Source of the DNA: an uncultured Erysipelotrichaceae bacterium
GTDB lineage: Bacteria > Bacillota_I > Bacilli_A > RFN20 > CAG-826
Assembly: GCA_902800905.1 (NCBI GenBank)
Contig: CADCGC010000002.1
Location: 59,774 to 123,773, forward strand
DNA length: 64,000 nucleotides
Direction of reading: 5' to 3'
The first letter of the stretch is position 1. Every line of letters starts with the position of its first letter. Positions 19,957 to 28,391 of the stretch are shown here, in pieces. The translations under genes were made by a program, and so were the position numbers. The notes under the pieces were generated by a model. The model saw nothing but the letters and a program-made list of their open reading frames with translations. It was not told the origin of the DNA and ran no database searches.

Positions 19957-21430
19957 TAAAGATAGAATTATTTCTTCAATAGGATTTGTTCTAACTCTTG
20001 TTCTTCCTTCTTGTAATGCAGGACAACTAAATGTCCCTGCTTTTGAGCATGACCCTAATAAGAGAATTCATATTACCGCTTATTCAGGTCCAACAAGAGC
20101 GAAATTAGTTACTCCAACTAGTCCAGAAACCCTTACTGAAGAGCATATGAGAAAAGTCTCTGAAGCAGGCTTTACAAAGATTCTTGCTCTATATGAAGGC
20201 GCTGGTAGACAAGTAGGCAATGATACCTATGAAATCATTGAAAATCTATCCCAAAAAGCGCAAGAGGACGCCTTAATTGCTTTAGACTTAGCGGAACAAT
20301 TTGGCATCAAATACTATGTCAGAGACTGGTCATTTTATGGAATGGTTAAGCAATACGCTGACCCAACATATAACCATCCTGCCATTTTAACTGATGAGCA
20401 ATATGACAAAGTGCTTAAGAAGATGTTCGATGAAAATAACCAATATATCCATCATCCTGCTTACGCTGGTAATTTCTGTCATGATGAGCCGTTTTATAAC
20501 GAGCTTGATCGTATCGCAGTTCAAGTTGATTTATACCAAAAATATATGGCAGAACAAAATGCTTATGGTGAGCCGATTGTTAATCTTTTACCAATGACCG
20601 CTGGCGCAGACGCTTTCAGTGGACATTCATATTATGAATATGTTGATCATTATTTTGATTTAATCGCACCAAAAGTTGGCTTTGTTTCTTATGACTTCTA
20701 TCCATTTAGAGAAGATAAAGATGATGGAAGCTATTTGAAAGATTTATATGTTCCAAACCTTAACCTTATGGCGACAAAATGCAAGGATAACAATATTGAT
20801 TTAAGAACATTTATCCAAGCTGAAGGTGATTTTACCGGAACAAGAAGCATGACTGGTGCGGCTGATTTCAGATTCCAAATCTACACTGAACTTGCCTTTG
20901 GTTCTAAAGAAATTATTTATTATGAATACGCAAATGCGAAGAGCCAGGCAGACCCAGAAGCCGATTATGCTTTATTTAATACTGAAACAGAAGAATATAA
21001 CTGGACATATGACGCTGCAAAACTTGTGAATAATGAAATTCATCAAATCGAAGATGCATATTTGCAATATAAGTGGGATGGTGTTATGTACAAGTGTGCA
21101 AATGAATTAATTGAGAATATTGGTTTCTCTTATCTTAAAGGAGAAAAATATACTTTTACTTCTCATCCACGTGTGAGCATTGAAAATTGTGAACGTGACG
21201 CTCTTATGGGTGTGTTTAAAAACGAAGCAAACGATGATGCGTTTATGCTAGTTAATTACACAGACCCATACTTCAAATTCAACAACAAAGTAACCCTTCA
21301 TTTTAATAATGCAAAAGGATTACTTATGTATCGTCTTGGACAAAAAATGGTGGTTGATCTCCCTTCTAGTGGTAACTATACATTTGATCTTTATCCTGGT
21401 GAAGGAAGATTCATTATTCCAATTAATTAA
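19949..21430 (+). CDS. lipoprotein, uncharacterised conserved enzyme-like family (paralogue 1 of 3, possibly a TIM-barrel glycoside hydrolase-like domain)
   Basis: GGAGG RBS. Lipobox LVLPSC. It shares the blocks ..EAGF.K.L.L(Y/F)EG, NLLP, YFD.IAP.VG(F/Y)VS(Y/F)D.Y, N(I/V)DLRTFI, F(R)FQIY..LAFG(S/A)KEIIYY.Y and W(S/K)WDG with 22878..24068 and with the C-terminal third of 24058..28371. Confidence 0.5.
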   Translation: MNNKDRIISSIGFVLTLVLPSCNAGQLNVPAFEHDPNKRIHITAYSGPTRAKLVTPTSPETLTEEHMRKVSEAGFTKILALYEGAGRQVGNDTYEIIENLSQKAQEDALIALDLAEQFGIKYYVRDWSFYGMVKQYADPTYNHPAILTDEQYDKVLKKMFDENNQYIHHPAYAGNFCHDEPFYNELDRIAVQVDLYQKYMAEQNAYGEPIVNLLPMTAGADAFSGHSYYEYVDHYFDLIAPKVGFVSYDFYPFREDKDDGSYLKDLYVPNLNLMATKCKDNNIDLRTFIQAEGDFTGTRSMTGAADFRFQIYTELAFGSKEIIYYEYANAKSQADPEADYALFNTETEEYNWTYDAAKLVNNEIHQIEDAYLQYKWDGVMYKCANELIENIGFSYLKGEKYTFTSHPRVSIENCERDALMGVFKNEANDDAFMLVNYTDPYFKFNNKVTLHFNNAKGLLMYRLGQKMVVDLPSSGNYTFDLYPGEGRFIIPIN

Positions 21431-21444
21431 AGGAGTTAATCAAA

Positions 21445-22854
21445 ATGAAAAAAGGAAACAAACTTATTGGAACATTGTTATTTAGTTTAGCAATGATTCT
21501 TCCATCTTGTGGTGGAACTCAAGATGACTTCAAAGGCACTTACATTGACTTTGGATTTTTGAAAGCAGGTATTGGCACTGAAGTTTATGAAAAGATCGCG
21601 GAAGCCTACCACACTGAACACCCAGATTACAAAGTCAAACTCCATGCCTCTATTGATATTAACAATATTGCGAAGAACTCATTTGAATCTGGAAAGAATA
21701 TCTATGATATTTATTCTTTAAGACAAAATAACGTTATTACTCAATACTATATCAAAGGATACTTGCTTGATTTAAAGGATGTTGTTTATAACGCTGAAAT
21801 TGCTGATGGAAAAACGCTTTTAGAATTATGTGATGAAAGCGTAATTGAGTATTCAAAATATTCCACAGAGAGAGATGGTGTGGTTGAAGACCACTTTGTC
21901 AGTGTTCCAGAGTTCGTTAATGTTAATGGCTATGTTTATAACAAGAAACTATTTGCACAACACGGATGGAAAGTTCCAAACACTACAGAAGAAATGAAAG
22001 CTCTATGCTTACAAATTGCTGCAGCAGGAATTTCGCCGATTGTTTTCTGTTCACCTAACTCCGCTGATGGATATGTCTATTATCTTTTAAACGGAATTAA
22101 TACTCAGTATGAAGGCATTCAAAATATGAAAGATGCCTATAAGTTTGAAAGTGCAGAAATCTTTAATCCTAGTAATCGTACAGGTAAACTTCACGCACTA
22201 CAAACCTTCAAAGATTTGTACAAGGAATCTAACGGACTAGTTTATCCTAACTCAATCAATATTGACGCTCAAGAAGCACAAAAAGCTTTGCTTTTAGGAA
22301 GAGCAGCAATGATGGTTAATGGTTCTTGGTTTGAAACAGAAATGAGAAAATTCATTGATCCAAGCAAGCATGAATTAGCGATGTTCAAAGTTCCTGAATA
22401 TTCTGAAGACGGAGAAATTCTCCATGCTCCTGGATACACAAACGATGGTAAAGGAATCATCGATAGTGAATATACCGCCGAATATGTTATTCCTACTTTG
22501 GCTCCTCATAAAGAAGCCGCAATCGATTTCTTAAAATTCATGCAAAGACCAGATATTTGTGAACTTTATACAAAGTATAGTAACAATATCCGTCCATTCA
22601 AATATAACAAAAACCCAGAGAGTAGTGTTTATTCAAATATGTCTTCATTTGGTAAAACTGTTTTACAACTCGCAAATGAAAACACACTCTTTGTCGCATC
22701 ATCAAAACATCCAAAATACATTCTTGGTGAAATCTCTTATTGGCCATCAGGTGATAGTGATAGGTATCACACCAATAGACTTCTTAGACAAGACAAAGAA
22801 CCAATTGATTGTTTAGAGGTTGAATATAATAACGCCAAGAAGGTTCTTGGATAG
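21445..22854 (+). CDS. lipoprotein, carbohydrate ABC transporter substrate-binding protein (family-1 SBP, LplA/MalE-like)
   Basis: AAGGAG RBS. Lipobox ILPSCGG. ~470 aa, the size and composition of a cluster-D sugar SBP. It sits between the permeases and the enzyme paralogues. Confidence 0.55.
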   Translation: MKKGNKLIGTLLFSLAMILPSCGGTQDDFKGTYIDFGFLKAGIGTEVYEKIAEAYHTEHPDYKVKLHASIDINNIAKNSFESGKNIYDIYSLRQNNVITQYYIKGYLLDLKDVVYNAEIADGKTLLELCDESVIEYSKYSTERDGVVEDHFVSVPEFVNVNGYVYNKKLFAQHGWKVPNTTEEMKALCLQIAAAGISPIVFCSPNSADGYVYYLLNGINTQYEGIQNMKDAYKFESAEIFNPSNRTGKLHALQTFKDLYKESNGLVYPNSINIDAQEAQKALLLGRAAMMVNGSWFETEMRKFIDPSKHELAMFKVPEYSEDGEILHAPGYTNDGKGIIDSEYTAEYVIPTLAPHKEAAIDFLKFMQRPDICELYTKYSNNIRPFKYNKNPESSVYSNMSSFGKTVLQLANENTLFVASSKHPKYILGEISYWPSGDSDRYHTNRLLRQDKEPIDCLEVEYNNAKKVLG

Positions 22855-22877
22855 ATTAAGAATAGGAAGATTTAACT

Positions 22878-24068
22878 GTGAACAAAGATATTAAATTTGG
22901 CTTTTGGAATTACGCTCCGTTTGGTGTTATTAGTAACAAAGAAGCGGTAAAAGATTGGGTTAATGCTGAATCTAATTTACCGATGAGCTTTGTTTATGAT
23001 TTTCATAACGGAAATAAAGAAGAAATAATTGAACTTCTTGATGAATGCCAAAAGAGCAACTTAAAGTTAATCATTTCTGATACCAGAACTATTTTTAGAA
23101 ATCTTTGTTCAGTCAGTGAAGAACAATTTAGAAAAGACGTTAAAGCGGCGTTTGATGATTTCGGTCATCATCCTGCCGCTTTCGGCTTCTTTGTTGGAGA
23201 CGAACCTTCTCCTGAAGAAACAGATTTATTTATAAAAGCCGTTAAAATTGTTAAAGAAGAAACGCCTGGACTAGTTCCTTTTGGTAATCTTCTTCCATAT
23301 TTTGGAGCAAGTGACCATGTCTTAGACATTGGGAACAAAAACTTTGAATATTATTCCAATCTAGTGGGCAAGATATTAAAAGAAACCGGACTTCCAGTTA
23401 TTGGATACGATCAATATAGCCAGTGCTTAGATGATTTAGGCAATCAAGAAACCGGAATCAATAGCTATTTCATTGGTTTGGACAAATATTATGACTTATG
23501 TAAGAAGAACGATTCTTCCTTCTATATCTCTCTTCTTTCGGTTGGACACTGGATGTATCGCGTTCCAAGTGAAGATGATATTAGATGGCAAATATCGACC
23601 GCTTTTGCTCATGGGGCTAGAGGAGTTATTTGGTTCTATTTCTATCAAGATGATAAAGATTATAGTTATCGCTTATCTCCATTTACAAATTATGGACTCA
23701 AGAAAACTCCGATGTACGATATCGTGAGTCGAGAACAATATCTCTTCAAAAAAACATTTGAAGATCAATTCAACAAAATGGAACTCGTTAATGTTTATCA
23801 TCTAGGCCATATATATGATGAAAACAAAAGATTTGTTTATGACGAATATATCAAAGATGTAATGGTAGATAGAAAACTTCCTGTTATCATTTCGTATTAT
23901 AAAGAATTTAATAGCGACAAAAAGTGGGTTTCATTTGTTAATGGATCTCAAAAATATGCGAGTATTTTAAGAATCACATTTTCTAAAGGACACAAAGAAG
24001 TGTTCTGGCTTGCTCCTGGAGAGATGAGACTATTTGATTTAGACGAGGTTTGCACTAGTGAAGAATAA
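22878..24068 (+). CDS. cytoplasmic paralogue (2 of 3) of the uncharacterised enzyme-like family
   Basis: GTG start and no signal peptide. HHPAAFGFFVGDEP, GNLLPYFG, GYDQY, GARGVIWFYFYQD correspond to the same blocks as in 19949..21430. Confidence 0.5.
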   Translation: MNKDIKFGFWNYAPFGVISNKEAVKDWVNAESNLPMSFVYDFHNGNKEEIIELLDECQKSNLKLIISDTRTIFRNLCSVSEEQFRKDVKAAFDDFGHHPAAFGFFVGDEPSPEETDLFIKAVKIVKEETPGLVPFGNLLPYFGASDHVLDIGNKNFEYYSNLVGKILKETGLPVIGYDQYSQCLDDLGNQETGINSYFIGLDKYYDLCKKNDSSFYISLLSVGHWMYRVPSEDDIRWQISTAFAHGARGVIWFYFYQDDKDYSYRLSPFTNYGLKKTPMYDIVSREQYLFKKTFEDQFNKMELVNVYHLGHIYDENKRFVYDEYIKDVMVDRKLPVIISYYKEFNSDKKWVSFVNGSQKYASILRITFSKGHKEVFWLAPGEMRLFDLDEVCTSEE

Positions 24069-27000
24069 AACCATATCTATTTTGTTTTTAGGAGTTATTG
24101 GAGTTGTCGCATCTGCGATAGCTTTATCGCACTCTCATGATGTTGCTTTAGCTAGTGGAACGGATGAACATTCAAGTTCATGCACCTGGAATCACTATTT
24201 AAGAGTTGAACCGACATATGAAAATGATGGAATACAAGAATATTATGTCTGCTGTTCTCATCATGAAAGCGTTCTAGAAAGACCAACACTTGGGACAATC
24301 GTTGATAAAGGCACTCCATCCTCTTCTTTTATCAGTGGTTTAGAAGATAATGATTTCAGATTAATTCCTTCATATCGAAAACAAGTTAAACCAGTTCAAG
24401 ATGAAATTGATGGGCTTTCTGAGGCGTTTAAGATATCTGATGGCAGTCAAATTGATAAAGCATATAACCTTTATAACAACACTAGTGAAGAGCTTAAAAC
24501 CTATGTTAATGATGTTTCAAAATTAGAAGGCATTTATGAGAGATACCACGAATCATATGATGTTCTTATCGATACAGTTAATAATGAATATCAATCAAAG
24601 ATATATAATTCGAATTATGATGTTGAACCAGTTTTAAATGAAAACGCTGGATATTGTTCTTCTTTTACTAATATCACTCCAACTGATGACAACTGGATTG
24701 GTTTTGGCACTTCAAAGACCACAAATATTTCAAACTATAGCGAGATATTGCTCTATGTATATAGCAACCTAAATTTCGATTGTGATTTTGATGTTAGGTA
24801 TTCTGGTAGCACTTTTGACTTAACAAACAAAGTTAAAGTTTATTCTAAATCATGGAGTGAAATAACAATTCCTCTTTCAACATTTATAACAAATCAATTG
24901 AAAGACTTATTTGTTGGTACATGGATTAGTGATGCTAGATATAACACTTTTGAGAATGGGTTTTTATTCTCTTCGCTTTACGGCGTTAAAAAGATTACTA
25001 CCCCAAGTAGAACATATATTGATTTGTCTGATGATCAAAAGACCACTGACACAGTCAACTTTGTTGGTGACAAATATATTGAAGACGTGAATTATGCAGC
25101 CTTTGTTTATTCTCCTGCTTATTCTGCTTCACTTGGAAAAGTTAACTTTATTACCACTCAACCATATAGCAACGTCACCTCTGTTAGTTTTGATGCGAAG
25201 ATCGATGGAACGGCGACAGGATGGTGGGGTATTGGCCACTCAACCTCTATTGAAAACGCAAGAATATATAACGGAATGTGCACAACCGGTGTCAAAAACA
25301 CTCAAAACGAATTCCAACATATCGCAATTAATGTTAGTGTAACTGACCCGGAATACATTTACTTTATTTTTGAAGTTGGAACATTTACTAAAAATGTCTA
25401 TATCGATAATGTCACTATCGTTAGTGGTGGAGTTGAATACACTGATGATTTTGATAGCGGTTCTTCAGCCTTATTTAATAATTCTTCATCAGTTTTAGGA
25501 AATGCAGTTAGCATTCAATTAATCAGTAGCGATGCTAAATTCTTATCACGTTCAGTAAAAGACTACTATGTTGAAGTTAGTCCATATAATTACGATACTT
25601 CGACATTATATACACGTTCATCTTATACAGGTGTTTATAAGGTTTCTTATGACGCAAAAGTTGATGGAACAATTGTTAATAATCTTTCAAACAATGAACA
25701 AATTTGGTGGGGTTTTGGTGTTACTGATGACCCAACAAACGTTTACTCTGGACTTCAATTTGTTAGAGAAGTGCTATCTACTGATAATGAATGGAAACAT
25801 TTTGAATATGAGATTCAAACTCCAGTTGATGGATATGTTCACTTTGTGTTCAATCCATTAAAGACGAATGTTCCTGTTCTTTTAGATAACATTACTTTCT
25901 TTACTGAAGGTAGTGTCTTTGTTGAAAACTTTACTGATGGGCTATCCACTTTATTTAATGTTGGCGCTCATCTTGATATTAAGAAGAAGAGCGACCCATC
26001 AATTACCTTCAATGGTGGAATTAACGCCTCAGAAAAAGACTATTCTGTCTTAATGGATATTTATAATTATGGCAACGTTTCTGGCAATGAAGCGACATTT
26101 AAAACAAAAGTTCCATATAACAACGTTACGAGTATCTCCTATGATATGAAGATTGATGGGACCATAACATTTACAAACACAGATCCATATTGGGTTGGTG
26201 TCGGTCATGACGCAAATCAAAACGCTAGTATCTATAAAGGACTTAGAACATCTAACACATTTACTACTAATGATGGTTGGATGAGATTTACATATACATT
26301 CTCTGGACTAGGCTTAGAATATTTCTTCTTTGTTTCTAATCCTGTTCACGCCCATAACAATGTTTATTTTGACAATGTCATTATTGTTAGTGATGGAGTG
26401 GAATACACTGATACATTTACCAACGGAAAGAGCGAACTATTTAATTTAGGTTCTTATGTTTCTTTACATTTTGAATCAGAAAGCATGACCGATGAAATTG
26501 CCTATAATGTATTAACAGAGAGTCAATGCTATTTTGAAGGTCCTCAATTTGTTAGAGATAATTTAGAAAATTATGAAGCCTTAGTGTATGGCTCTATTGC
26601 TCATCAAATTACAGGACAAGGAAGGTATGCGATTCTTATTTATAATGATTTGAATGTTGCGGAATATTTATTTGTTGATGATGAATATATTTCTTACTGT
26701 TCTAATACTTCAATAATTAATGCCACGTCTTATAATGGGCAGTCTTATAACATCAGTGTTTCAGTAGATGGAAGAATAACAATTAACAATCAGATTCTCG
26801 CTATTTCTAGTGGAGTTAATGATTCACTTAAATTTGTGTCGTTCTTTAGCCAAGGTTCGGTTGTCTTTACTGATATTTCTTTAGATTCAACTTATAGAGA
26901 AATTCATACTTCTGAAACAATTGATGGAATAGAAGTTCCTTACTTATATTCAGAAGATAATATTGTGTTTAACGCATATGGTTCTCCAACAGTTGCCGAT

Positions 27001-28371
27001 TGGAATGGTGTGAAAGATAGTAACCCAACTATGGCGACTGATGAAATCTTCCAAGATTACTATGACGCTGGATTTAGAAAGTGCTTGCCACTTTTTGAAG
27101 GACGAACTGGAGCAAGATATGACTTCAATACTTATTATGATTTGTATCTTGAAGCAACTGGTTCGCAAAAAGAATCATACAAAAACCAATGTATCCAAAA
27201 ACTCGACATTATTTGTGAAAAAGCCGACAGAGACGCGATGGAAATAATGTCTGTTGCCTCTAAATATGGAATTAAATATATTGTTCTTAATTCAATTATT
27301 TTTGAACTAATTGGACAAACTACTCCAAACGGAAACAATATTCAGATTGAAGATTATCCATGGATTTTTGATCGTGTCTTTAGAGATGACAGCGAATATT
27401 TCTATCAAGTTCAATACGTTGGTAACTTTATGCAAGATGAACCAATTGGTGTTGAAGGACTTGAAAGATTATATGCGGCTGTTGTTTTGTATTATCAATA
27501 TACAGCGGCTTTAGGAATTGAAAGTGAACCTGTTATTAATCTACTTCCTGGAAACTACACGGATAATAATTATGTCGCTTATCTTGATTATTATTTTGAA
27601 CATATTGCTCCTCTTGTTGGATATGTTAGCTTTGACCAATATGTCTTACAAGTTTCTAATGGCACTTATTCAGTGAAGTCCACACACTTATCTAACTTAT
27701 ATTTATTAGCCTCACGAGCAAAACAATATAATGTCGATTTAAGAACGTTCATTTTCCCAAGATGTCAGGATGAGGGAAGTAATAGAGGCATTACAATGGC
27801 GGATGAACTAAGGTTCCAAATTTACGCCAATTTGGCTTTTGGTGCTAAAGAAATCATCTATTATGGTTATACAACTCATAACAGCACAAATGAAACAGAA
27901 GGTCTTGTTAATATGTATACCGGAGAGAAGAGCGATGTATATTACTACGCTAAAGAAGTTAATAACGAAGTATTATCTTTCGGTCAAGCATATATGCATT
28001 TCTCATGGGATGGAATTATTGGTAAAGACACTGGTGGGTGGCTAAGTAAAAATACCTGCCTAACTCAATTAAGTAAACTTAATTCGATGAATAGTCACGC
28101 TGGATTATCATCTTTCTCTGTTAATAAGAACTCACTCATTGGTTGCTTCAAAGATAGTGATTCTCAATACGCATATATTCTTATGTATTATGGCGATCCA
28201 AAAACCGCAAGTGGAACAGACACAATTCAATTAACTTTCTTAGACAAATATAATGGCGTTATTGTTTATCAAAACGGTGGAAAACACGCTTATCGAATTG
28301 ATAATCATAAGCAATCTATTACTCTTAATCCTGGTTGTGGAGCGTTTGTTATCCCGGTAACTTTAAATTAG
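24058..28371 (+). CDS. 1437-aa surface protein with an N-terminal anchor, a Cys/His mini-module, 3-4 WWGFG beta-sandwich (CBM-like) modules, and a C-terminal enzyme-like domain (paralogue 3 of 3)
   Basis: GTG start overlapping the upstream gene. N-terminal hydrophobic segment ILFLGVIGVVASAIAL. The repeats and the C-terminal homology (NVDLRTFIFPRCQDEG..ELRFQIYANLAFGAKEIIYYGY..YMHFSWDG) are read directly from the translation. Confidence 0.6.
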   Translation: MKNKTISILFLGVIGVVASAIALSHSHDVALASGTDEHSSSCTWNHYLRVEPTYENDGIQEYYVCCSHHESVLERPTLGTIVDKGTPSSSFISGLEDNDFRLIPSYRKQVKPVQDEIDGLSEAFKISDGSQIDKAYNLYNNTSEELKTYVNDVSKLEGIYERYHESYDVLIDTVNNEYQSKIYNSNYDVEPVLNENAGYCSSFTNITPTDDNWIGFGTSKTTNISNYSEILLYVYSNLNFDCDFDVRYSGSTFDLTNKVKVYSKSWSEITIPLSTFITNQLKDLFVGTWISDARYNTFENGFLFSSLYGVKKITTPSRTYIDLSDDQKTTDTVNFVGDKYIEDVNYAAFVYSPAYSASLGKVNFITTQPYSNVTSVSFDAKIDGTATGWWGIGHSTSIENARIYNGMCTTGVKNTQNEFQHIAINVSVTDPEYIYFIFEVGTFTKNVYIDNVTIVSGGVEYTDDFDSGSSALFNNSSSVLGNAVSIQLISSDAKFLSRSVKDYYVEVSPYNYDTSTLYTRSSYTGVYKVSYDAKVDGTIVNNLSNNEQIWWGFGVTDDPTNVYSGLQFVREVLSTDNEWKHFEYEIQTPVDGYVHFVFNPLKTNVPVLLDNITFFTEGSVFVENFTDGLSTLFNVGAHLDIKKKSDPSITFNGGINASEKDYSVLMDIYNYGNVSGNEATFKTKVPYNNVTSISYDMKIDGTITFTNTDPYWVGVGHDANQNASIYKGLRTSNTFTTNDGWMRFTYTFSGLGLEYFFFVSNPVHAHNNVYFDNVIIVSDGVEYTDTFTNGKSELFNLGSYVSLHFESESMTDEIAYNVLTESQCYFEGPQFVRDNLENYEALVYGSIAHQITGQGRYAILIYNDLNVAEYLFVDDEYISYCSNTSIINATSYNGQSYNISVSVDGRITINNQILAISSGVNDSLKFVSFFSQGSVVFTDISLDSTYREIHTSETIDGIEVPYLYSEDNIVFNAYGSPTVADWNGVKDSNPTMATDEIFQDYYDAGFRKCLPLFEGRTGARYDFNTYYDLYLEATGSQKESYKNQCIQKLDIICEKADRDAMEIMSVASKYGIKYIVLNSIIFELIGQTTPNGNNIQIEDYPWIFDRVFRDDSEYFYQVQYVGNFMQDEPIGVEGLERLYAAVVLYYQYTAALGIESEPVINLLPGNYTDNNYVAYLDYYFEHIAPLVGYVSFDQYVLQVSNGTYSVKSTHLSNLYLLASRAKQYNVDLRTFIFPRCQDEGSNRGITMADELRFQIYANLAFGAKEIIYYGYTTHNSTNETEGLVNMYTGEKSDVYYYAKEVNNEVLSFGQAYMHFSWDGIIGKDTGGWLSKNTCLTQLSKLNSMNSHAGLSSFSVNKNSLIGCFKDSDSQYAYILMYYGDPKTASGTDTIQLTFLDKYNGVIVYQNGGKHAYRIDNHKQSITLNPGCGAFVIPVTLN
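25138..26450 (+). repeat. three tandem ~140-aa beta-sandwich modules (V(S/K)(F/Y)DAK(I/V)DGT....WWG(I/F)G....(I/V)Y.G......W.....(Y/F)..........F.F......V.(I/L/F)DN(V/I).....G.....E.FT.G.S.LFN)
   Basis: The three copies end in VYIDNVTIVSGGVEYTDDFDSGSSALFN, VLLDNITFFTEGSVFVENFTDGLSTLFN and VYFDNVIIVSDGVEYTDTFTNGKSELFN. Confidence 0.65.
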
Positions 28372-28391
28372 TTTAGTAAGGAGTTGGTTTT

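Noticed and set aside
22878-24068. A one-nucleotide discrepancy between my hand count and the ORF-track coordinates around 24058
   Set aside because: Starts at 21445, 22878 and 28392 match my counting exactly, so this is most likely my local counting slip, not a frameshift in the sequence. I used the ORF-track coordinates.
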